Shown here in pieces: positions 36,421 to 46,075 of a stretch of DNA of 46,075 bases (positions within the stretch are counted from its first letter, which is position 1; each line of letters opens with the position of its first letter). Source of the DNA: Octopus bimaculoides (lineage: Eukaryota); NCBI RefSeq assembly GCF_001194135.2, contig NC_069002.1, positions 19,923,587-19,969,661 on the forward strand, given 5' to 3'. Below the pieces are notes generated by a model, which was given only the letters and a program-made list of their open reading frames with translations, did not search any database and had not been told where the DNA came from. A program made the position numbers and the translations under genes.

Positions 36421-39400
36421 TCTACTTCCGTTTTGACATTGCTTAGTTTGTATTTCGACGGTCAAAAGAACTTAATGTCATAGAGGGCCCCGAATATGTG
36501 CCAAACGTCGACGAACAGAGTAGAAAAGAAACATTCACGTGTTTTTTCTGATTCCAAATATGTCATTTCTAATCGGGTGAGTCTGTAAGCCAGGATTTTC
36601 TCTATGCCTAGCAGACATAGAGAAAATCGCTTCTAGTAATATATATTTTTGTTTTGCGTTGACCGAGAGAAAATCACTTCTAGTGATATATATTCTGCGT
36701 TGAAAATTGCTATGCTAGTCTTTGTGAAAGTTATCTAATTTGACTAAAAAGAAAAAAAAACAAAGTAAGCTACGCCGACACATGAGGGAGGCAGCAAGAA
36801 CAATAATAGAGAATGGTATTTACATCTGGCCTAAAGTCGCAAAATCTAACTCAACAAACCTGGTGCTGCTGTGTGGGATTTTTGTTGCCTTTATTGATGA
36901 GTGATGCCTGGTTGCCCTGTTATCTTGAAGTTGGGGAGCGAAACACCTACAGGGCTTCTGCCCAGTCTGATGAGCCATAGTACAGCAGCACCCTCAACAA
37001 ACAAGGGACCACTCTAGAAACATAACCGAAGTTCCATTCATGCTCTATATAATCAAGGTGAAGTTTCACCGAAAGACCGAGAAGTAACCGATAGCTTAAG
37101 TAGCAGATTGGAATATATATATATTACACTCCAGATAAGCATATTCTCAACGCAAAGACTCCAATGATTGAAGCTACTCTCCCCTCTCTGTACACCTGCA
37201 TTCCTCCACTTATGTCGTTCAATCAATAACTGGAGCATCGCGATCCCCACCACCATCACGCTACATCCTCACATTTTATCACATCCATTCTCAAACTCAG
37301 TTAATCTCCAGATCAAGAGTACTTTAGCGCTTTTTTTTATTACTCAAATTTCATCACGGCAATCAATACCCAAATTACAATTCATAAATAGTTAGTGTAT
37401 GTGATTATGTATGTGTGGAATTAGATTCTTCTTTAAAGTTTCCAATTATTTATTTAACTATGTTTCTGCAAACGAAAACCTTGAGACGAAAGCAAAAGGA
37501 ATAAATGAGATTAATCAATTTAATCACATGTATAATTCAAATAATTCTGAGTTAGAACACACGGGACAGAAACGCACCATTACACGGGTCTATTGCTGCC
37601 AATTGGCTAAGTTGGATTATTCTACAGAATTTCCTGACCATTGATCGCTATATTAAAACTCATTAACTGATCAATTTCGTCGCCGAAAGCGAGTAAGAGG
37701 CATTCTCAAATCAAAGGGAATCACTGTTTTCATGGCATTTTAGGCCACGTTCATGGTCATCAATATTTCATTCTGTGAATATCCTTTAATATCTCATCAT
37801 GTTCCTTATCGTGTTGCCCATAATACTCGTAATCAATTAAAACGAAAATGTGTTCCCAGTACCAAGCATATCATATCGTCAAGTAAATTGCTGTTTATGA
37901 TTACTTTGAATTTAGGTCCGTTATAACTGGATCATTGCTTGCTCTTAAAAGTTCATCTCATATGTTTGTTATCTTTAACCTCCTCATGCTCATAAGAGAA
38001 TCAAATACTTCTATTGAGAGTCGATTGTTCGTTTTCTGCCACTTGTTTGCGCCAGTTACTGACTTTGAATCAGTTGTTTCTGATTTACCCATGTGTCCCA
38101 AGTTCTACGAACAAAATACTTTCTACAGAATACTCTCGGTAAATAGAAAAAAGATCTTCGTCCCGACGGCCTCGACCTTATATTTTCCTTTTCCCTACCC
38201 ACAAAAATGCACAATTCTAGAAAAGCTCTGTTCTCGAGAGACAACAAACTTATGCCCTTTGGTATCCCAGGCACAACTTGCCATTCGTGATTACTTTAAC
38301 TACCAAAACATTGCGTTCAACAATCTAACCTGGAATCTCTCTGATTCATTTGGGTTGACCCATGTATATATGAAGAGCCTTGTACTTCAAGTTAATGTAA
38401 ATATATTTGATATATAAGATTCCTGTCCTGTACTTGTATGTCACTTAAAGTTATTTTCAATTCTATTTGAGAACAAAATCGGAATATATGTGACATTTAT
38501 GTAAAGGTAGGAATAGAAACCCACTCGCAGACTAGGTGCGACGGGGGCTTAAATCAAACTTAGAATTATCTGCAGTTTTTTATTTTTATATTTCTATATT
38601 AAAATTTTCGTAATTTTATTTTGTACTTTTTATTCTTTGTTTATTATATATGAAAAAATCCAGATAAGATGAAACTGAAGAATGAAATGATGCGAATTTT
38701 ATGACACATCTAATGGTATAAATGATGGGAAACTTAAACAGACACGAACAGAATTCACAACCAGCTCATATAGAATTGCTTAACCAGAAATTTAACTCTA
38801 CTTAAATGCCCTTATCCATCTATAGCTAACGAATACAATTAATAGTTTCTGTCAATTATGCATATTTTCCAAAAAATACTTGATAGAAACAGTAAATTCT
38901 GATTGCTATGGCTAACCGCTAACTTCGAATATTTTAATATAAATATTTTTTCTGCTATTTTAGTGGCATCTTGTGAAGGTTATTATCACACTGTTACAGG
39001 AATATAGATTAATTTCTTTGGGGTTTTTCTGTATATTTCTTGTTTTTTTTTTCTTTATATTTTTACACTTTTCAATTCAGTCGTTCATCTTGGAGAATAT
39101 GCTACTTTCAAAGAATATTCGTGCTAAACCAACTAGAATAACTGAAAGCAAAAGTAAATCTCCTTCTCAAAAGATCTAGAGAACATTGGAAAATTTCTAA
39201 TACTACCAGCATATTGAGGTAATATTATGAATACATTTGGCGACTATGTGAACGAAAAAACATTTCAAATTCAATAGGCTGACAGATATGAAAGGATATT
39301 AGACAGGCACGAAAGGATGTGTGAGCGTGTGTGCGCGCGCGTGCGTGTACAAAAATGAATCTACGAGTGTACATAAGGCATTAATATTCACATGCACACC

Positions 39401-39593
39401 TATGTCTCTCCTTCATTTTTTTACTCTTCCATTCCCTCACCCTGTTGATCTCCCCTTCTTTCTCTATTTATCTATCTATCACTCTCCCTCACGCACACTC
39501 TCTCTGTATATATATANNNNNNNNNNNNNNNNNNNNNNNNNNNNNNNNNNNNNNNNNNNNNNNNNNNNNNNNNNNNNNNNNNNNNNNNNNNNN

Positions 39594-39627
<34 letters not shown>

Positions 39628-39997
39628 GTTAGGGTTTGGTGATTGCTCGGTGTATGTGGGTGTGTTACGTATGTAATTTGAGTGTGCGTTAAATAAAAAA
39701 AAATCGGTAAAGTATACCAAAGTATTGCCAAATGTCAATTTGAATATTTTGGTCATTTTTTATCTGACAAAGAAAGGCAAAGCAGAGCGGATAGATATTA
39801 TTGATTAATATATTGATCGAGCTGTCGGACCACAAAGAACCAACACGTTGCTAGAATCATGAAAAGAAACAAAAATTGTGCCTAACTGTGAGAAAATGGT
39901 AACTTTGGCAGACAACATATACTAATGCTTTGTTGTGCTGTATAGAACAGTTCCAATTGTAAGCTAACATATAAGTATCCTCTCACTCATAGATAGT

Positions 39998-40030
<33 letters not shown>

Positions 40031-40112
40031 AGGGGGAGAGAGAGAGATACACACATACACACATATATGTATAAGCATGCAAACCCACACATATGTACGT
40101 CTGCGTGTGAAT

Positions 40113-40365
40113 AATCGTAGTATAGTAGTTAGGCCGTTGCTCTCACAATCACTCGATCATTAGTTCCATTCAGAGACCGGGCAGTGCTCTGCGTTGTTGA
40201 GCAAAATACCTCATTTTGCCTTACTTCAGGCGCCTTTTAATTTGTATGATGGAATATTGAGGTAATCGACTAGCGAACAGCGTGGCGTCATTCGAAGGCG
40301 AAACGACGCAAATTGCATTGTGACCGGGGATTCTGATAGTCTCCTCGGACATGTGATCACGTGAT
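40113..40365 (+). mobile_element. Decayed tRNA-derived SINE
   Basis: A-box-like tagtatagtag, degenerate B-box agttccattc, gttgagcaaaatac core-like block, 3' gatcacgtgat before (TCTA)n. Confidence 0.55.
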
Positions 40366-40480
40366 ATCTATCTATCTATCTATTTTTTTAACCCCGTGAG
40401 GACATCTCTTCTAGCTAGTTAACGATGCATAGCTACATGAATTAAATTGCGAGCAATATCACCGATTGTGTGTTTGCTCG

Positions 40481-40533
<53 letters not shown>

Positions 40534-40558
40534 GAGCAGAGGCGAGTTACTGCCAACT

Positions 40559-41177
40559 CTAGCACACAAGGTGTCCGGTACTGAAGTGTGGCAGAAATAG
40601 CCCGAAACAAGGACTGGTCTACTGGTCCCGTCTTTAGAATGTGGTAAGGGTTCGCTTCCCTGCTCGCAAATTATCGGATGTAGCGCTGCATTGTCAAGCA
40701 GCTACAGGAGATATCCTTTTGAGGTTAAAAAAATCGCAGGAGAGCCCGATCGAATGGACAGCCATGTTGAAATGGCTACGCACATTACTTGTCAGTAAAA
40801 CTACTGTGTTGATCTCTAACAGTGATCTTAGATCTAGCAATTTTGCTTGTTGCAAAACCACAGACTGTGTGTTTTCTTGAAATATATATATTGCGAACAG
40901 AAGCGATCTGCTATCATCACTAGCAGACGAGGCGTCGAGTACTAAGGAGTGGCAAAAATATCCCGAAACCGCAGGAAGCGTCGCTAGACGATGGCAGAAG
41001 TTTGCTCCCCTGTGAGCAATTTTATCGGATGCAACTGTGCATCGTTATCCAGTTAAAGGAGCTGTCCTCTTGGAGTTAAAAAACCAAAGAGGTAGATTCC
41101 GTTTGAATGGTCAGCTGGCTACGATTATCCCGACTGCGTTGATCTCTTAGAGAGATTTTAGAACTAGCATTTTCGCT
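40559..41177 (+). repeat. Diverged tandem duplication, period ~361 bp (40559-40847 and 40920-41177)
   Basis: Colinear shared blocks: ctagca.ac.agg.gtc..gtact.a.g.gtggca.aaata.cccgaaac; ttatcggatg; gttaaaaaa; gttgatctct...ctagca.ttt.gct. Confidence 0.8.
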
Positions 41178-41196
41178 TTTACACACACACACACAT

Positions 41197-41228
<32 letters not shown>

Positions 41229-41318
41229 NNNNNNNNNNNNNNNNNNNNNNNNNNNNNNNNNNNNNNNNNNNNNNNNNNNNNNNNNNNNNNNNNNNNNNNN
41301 NNNNNNTATATATATATG

Positions 41319-41596
41319 CGAAGTCGCGTATTGTCCTTATCTTTGAAACGCAGAGTAGATGAAACAGGGACAACTGATGAAGTGAAATATTCTCTATGTT
41401 GCATTTCTCGCTTCTCTGTTTGCTTTTCGTTGTTCGAAAAAAGTTCGTTTTCTATGTTTTCGTTCGTTTCTTATTGTGTTTAACGTTGTGTTATGTCCTG
41501 CACCCATATATGCACGTATATATACATATATAAGTAGGTATGTACACATGTGCATGTATATATGCATATATTTATATATTATTTGTATTATTATAT
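41319..41596 (+). repeat. Direct repeat copy 1 (~280 bp)
   Basis: Colinear with 42050-42323 (cgaagtcgcgt..acagggacaactgatga..ttcgttgttcgaaaaaagttcgttttctatgttttcgtt..gtaggtatgtaca..tatatgcatatatttatatattattt). Confidence 0.9.
41320..41384 (+). ncRNA. Permuted (type II-like) hammerhead-like motif
   Basis: GAA-GU-CGC-GU-A-UUGUCCUU-[27 nt]-AGGGACAA-CUGAUGA. 8-bp stem I and a GUA triplet; positions 15.1 and 15.2 are non-canonical and stem II is weak. Confidence 0.4.
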
Positions 41597-42049
41597 GATC
41601 GAACGCCACGCATCCTTTTCCAAGTAAGTTTTATCTAAATAATTACTATGCGCACTCTTCTTCTATCTCTACTATCTCTACTCTGTCTCTCTCTCTTATT
41701 CTTCATCCTTTCTGTTTTTTCTCTCCCACCATTTCCCTTTTCTTCTCTCCTCTTCACCGTTCCCTCTCTCTCACTCACTTTTGCTCCTTCACTATCTCGT
41801 CGCTAACACGTGACGAAATGGATCTCTCTTTCTGTCTACTTACTTCCTAAAGAAAAGACGTGCCTTTCCTGTCTCCTCATGACTCGTCTACCTAGCGTTC
41901 ATAATAAGTTTTCTGTTATCTTGGCTCAACAGCCCTCGCCGTTTGTTTTTAGTGTCTTGTTCTCACTGTCCTGTTCTTGTTACCACTTTCACCCTCCGCA
42001 AAAAATCCCAAATTTTATTTAATTCGCTTCGCGGGAAGGACTGTTTCAA

Positions 42050-42323
42050 CGAAGTCGCGTTCTATCCTTGCCTTCGAAACGCGGAATAGATAAAACAGGG
42101 ACAACTGATGAGAGGGAATACTCTTTATGTTGCATGTCTCGTTCCTCTGTTTTTTTTTCGTTGTTCGAAAAAAGTTCGTTTTCTATGTTTTCGTTTTTAT
42201 GTTTTCGTTTCGCAATGTGTTTAATATGTACCCATATATGAAAGTATATATACATATATAGTAGGTATGTACATATATGTATGTATATATGCATATATTT
42301 ATATATTATTTATATTATTATAT
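42050..42323 (+). repeat. Direct repeat copy 2
   Basis: See copy 1; offset 731 bp. Confidence 0.9.
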
Positions 42324-42859
42324 ATATACAAATTTCTATAGTTGAATATCTCCCCAGTTATTCATAAAGCTATAAAGTTTCGTATACACACATGCACACG
42401 CACGCACGCACACACGCCTACAAATCCATCTCTATACGACCATTACAATGAGGTATAAACTGTTGCTATGCTCTAGTTAAATCGAATATGTTTTTCCGCA
42501 AGTTTTCCGTCTTTTGCCTCCAACGCTTTATCCTTTCTTTGGTACATAATGTCTGTGAAGTTTCTGCCGAAAAATCGTGTTTCGTTGACTAAATTCTGAG
42601 TGTTGTACAAAAGGGAAGCATTGTTTCCATGAGAAAGTTTCTATAAAATTGTCTAAAATTAATTCACATTTAAATGTTTACCGAAACAAATGACATCGAC
42701 AAAACTAGTCACGGTCTTCTTCAATTTATTTATCTTATAGAAGAATACAGATATTCACCTACAAACTGGTCATGTAGGAGGATTGTGTAATCTCAACTCA
42801 TGAACTGCCACCCCATGCAGAAATAGAGCAAGTATATTACAAACATCGTGTAGGATGTC

Positions 42860-43780
42860 GGCGTAATTCCATCTATAGTCCTCATCTTAACAAACAAATG
42901 TCGACTTCTTGGACATAACCCTAGACCTTTAAGCGGGCAATGATTTTCTATGCTACCACCTCTCTCGGTTATAGTTTGAAACCTAGTCACTATATCAGCA
43001 GCACAATATCCAGTCTCTCAATCAACAGACAGGTCTTCAACAAAGCTGCAATTTCTTATAACGTGGCTGTGATTTTACTGATACGGTTACATATATTGGA
43101 TGGCACACACACACTCTCAAAAACGAAGAGTCATAGAAAGAGAAAAATAATCTGCTTTAATCCCCTATCCTATCTAAAAATTTCCATTAATACAGCTAAA
43201 CGAGTATTATCACTAATTAAACAGCATTTTTAAAGAATATATAGATACCAGGAAGTCGTTAACGTGCATCATGACAAGACTTGGTACTCCTGCTTGCTAA
43301 ATGCCTTTTCCGCCATTCTGCTATACAACAAAATAAAAAACTAACGGTCATGCATTCTTCAGCTCACAGTCCTATCTGTAATTGCCAAAATCCAGCCAAT
43401 CTGCCCACCGGGGATACTTTGTCTGTGGTCTACTGAGCCAATCCCATATTATCCGATGTTCGTATGAGACACTGAAGAGAGGTGACATCCAGTGACTTAT
43501 AGTGGTGATTTAAGCAACACATGCACTGTTTTAGATGTAGGTATACAGATAACTCTCCATATAAAGATTTAGAAACAGAGAAACAGTCCAGAAGCAATAC
43601 ACAAAGGGTACTCTTTACTCAGGTGTTCTTAAATAACAACCAAACCACTATCCATGTAGACTAGCTTTCTGCAGTGTCCATAAAGTGTATAAAAGGCCAT
43701 AACTGCCATTCTTACGAGAGGTAATCCTCTGATGCCCCAATAAGCTGAAAATACCACACCAGGCCATTTTCACACAGAAT
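42860..43780 (+). mobile_element. PLE remnant: RT C-terminus, linker and C-terminal GIY-YIG endonuclease region, decayed
   Basis: TNVDFLDITLDL; VFNKAAISYNVA; RKRKIICFNP..NTAKRVLSLIKQHF; CNCQNPANLP..VVY; FKQHMHCFR. Many stops. Confidence 0.7.
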
Positions 43781-44403
43781 CGCAGGGAATATAATCTCTG
43801 ATGCAGCCAGAGCGATTACAGCTTATTACCCCCCACCCCAATGGATATGCTTTGCACGCAAATATATGTGTAGACTGAAACACGCAATGAATGTACTTTA
43901 AACAGTTACATGCTATCTGAATTGACGAATTGGCAATCGAAATTCAGCAATTATGTTTATGTAAAGGAAGCACGTTAAATCACGACAGTTTCTAACATAA
44001 ATACTACATGTAACAGAATCTATTCACTAACCAACATGTCAACCCATATCGCATTTTCTCCAAGTACTTATGTTCGTGTTCCGTTGGATTAGAAGAACAA
44101 TGTTCAGAAAGCGGAAAGCTAATGAAAATTAGCTCCGGAACAGTAAATGTTCGTTTAATTGGCTATAAATTTGATGGATTATTCCAGTTTGGTAGCGGAA
44201 ATACAGAGAATATTCTATACCGATTATTGTAAATCCGTCTCGATTAACTACACATTGTTGTCAGTCATCTCAAAAAACAAGAATTTAGCGCGAAGGGTCA
44301 CTCTCAAATATCACTGATAACTAATGAGCAACACTGATATATATGTATGTGTGTGTATGTGTGTATGTGCGTGTGCTTGTGTGCGTGTCTATGCGTGTGT
44401 ATG

Positions 44404-44439
<36 letters not shown>

Positions 44440-44694
44440 TAATATCAATATATATATATAGCAATAATATATATATATCAATAATATATATATATCAATA
44501 ATATATATATATCAATAATATATATATATCAATAATAATAATATTACAACAAAAACATGAATGAGACCCCGATATTACGTAAAATAGAGGAATTTATATA
44601 TAAATATAATATGGGACAATTAGTTGGTTGTTATAATAAAACTCAGAGTTTCGGATACCGCGACTGAAGTCTGCTCCGGCATCTCATCATTTAC

Positions 44695-45263
44695 TAATAT
44701 AAAAAGCAGGTCCTATCTGTGACCTTAGGGGGTCCAGAAAAGGAGCAAATGTTTTGCCATATGTAGACATAACCCGAAAATTTCAGTTCTTCAATTTAGA
44801 CATGCAGCGGGATCTAAAGAAGTTTTCCAGATGAGACATCTTTCCATATCACAAAGACCGCACTTTCCACTACCGTTGGTGTAAGGCTTACATTTGGCCA
44901 AGATCTTCTAGTGAATCTTATAGTTGACACTATTTTCTTTTAAGGATAAATTGGATAAATTGCTTGTTTTCCTTTTATCCCAGTGTCTGAAGCTTAAGTT
45001 CTGATTGTTAAACCTGCTTTTAAAATTTCAGTCTGTGAAACCCACATATTTCTTTCACAAAACTATGTTCGTAGTTGTTGTAGAGTCTACGGTGGCTTGG
45101 TCTTTGCGATATGGAAACTTGGCTTATCTGGAAAAGTTCTTTAGATCCCACTACGTGTCTAAATTCAAGAACTAAACTTTTTGGGTCATGTCCACATATG
45201 ACAAATTATTTGCTACGTTTTTGGACCCTCCTAGGTCACAGATAGAACCAGCGTTTTATATTA
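44695..45263. mobile_element. MITE/foldback-type non-autonomous DNA transposon with ~141-bp TIRs
   Basis: 44695-44835 and 45123-45263 are inverted repeats (ctatctgtgacct.g..ggtcca..catatgt.gacat.accc..agttctt.aatttagaca.g.ag.gggatctaaagaa.ttttccagat.ag). The outermost TA at each end could be a TSD. Confidence 0.85.
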
Positions 45264-45358
45264 TGTCCACGTACAAGCCTTTCATATGTCTTATTTTCTC
45301 TTATATATATTCTATTACTCTCTATATTTTTCTGTATATTATTTTTCTTCCTTTATAG

Positions 45359-46030
45359 TTGTGTAACTCATACGAGTGTAGTATATACTTAATGTATATG
45401 TGCGTGCATATATACATGTGTACGAATGTTTGTATATATAGGAGTGCAAGACTTTACCTGTTGTACTTATCTCCTTCCTTCATACACATATATGTATGTA
45501 TATACGTTTATATGTCTGCAGGTGTAGATGTGTTTGTCAACCAGGAGGGTGTATATCTGTATATACATATATAACTCATTTGCATATTCAAGTTTTGCGG
45601 TGAAAGCGAATGTTTTACGGTTCATGTGTTTTTTGTGTATGTGTTTTTATTTGTATATACGTCTCTCCGAGTATGTATGTGCATGTACGTATAGACAATG
45701 TTTTGTATATCCACGTATATATGTGTATGTGCGTATAGAGATGTGTATATGAACATATTGATGCGTGCGTTTTTACCTATGTGATTTTATTTATATATAC
45801 ATTTTCCGCGTATGTATATGCATGTGGGTATAAACTATGTTTTGTATATCTGTGTATACATGTGTGTGTAGAGATGTATATATGAGCGTAGTGATGTGTG
45901 CATGGGTATATATGCGAGTGTATGTGCGTGTATGCATAGACATACATATGTATCTATGTGTGTGTGTATGTATAGGTACACGCGTGTATATATATGTATA
46001 TATATGCATATATATGTATACATATATATG

Positions 46031-46075
<45 letters not shown>
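45359..46075 (+). repeat. Degenerate (TA)/(TG)/(TATG) low-complexity tract
   Basis: Direct reading. Confidence 0.9.

Noticed and set aside
36935-36990. CGAAAC...CTGATGAG hammerhead-like words
   Set aside because: No GUH triplet paired to AC, the hairpin does not abut the core, and stem II is only 2 bp.
37935-38417. 160-aa + ORF, and a minus-strand GIPKG resembling an RT motif
   Set aside because: No recognisable domain and no following YxDD; insufficient support.
40581-40610. CTGAAGTG..GGC/GCC..CGAAAC motif in the tandem duplication
   Set aside because: Core lacks A9, there is no cleavage triplet or stem I, and it is not kept in the second copy.

Overview
This window is AT-rich, microsatellite-dense eukaryotic DNA from a gapped scaffold (7 N-runs, six next to dinucleotide microsatellites). 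It is not prokaryotic, and I found no CRISPR, rRNA or intact gene. The SINE families look like those I recall from octopod cephalopod genomes (inference, not verified). Most ORFs in the supplied track are microsatellite or N-gap artefacts. The supportable content is decayed mobile DNA: (i) five to six co-oriented R4/Dong-type non-LTR fragments, sitting in or chained to (AAT)n tracts; (ii) a Tx1/L1 ORF2 endonuclease remnant; (iii) a Tc1 transposon; (iv) two Penelope-like element (PLE) remnants covering complementary halves of the protein; (v) tRNA-derived SINEs; (vi) a long-TIR MITE; (vii) a 32-bp minisatellite. The main result of the hunt is seven hammerhead-ribozyme-like motifs from four sequence families, read by hand. 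They include a composite element (tRNA-like Pol III head + (AAT)n + minimal hammerhead tail) whose AAT tract serves as a landing pad for other retroelements, a PLE bracketed by inverted hammerhead-bearing terminal repeats with an unusually long stem II, and a permuted (type II-like) motif in a 731-bp-period direct repeat. There is also an unidentified ~240-codon decayed reading frame at 21.3-22.0 kb. All translations and alignments were done by eye; no searches were run.
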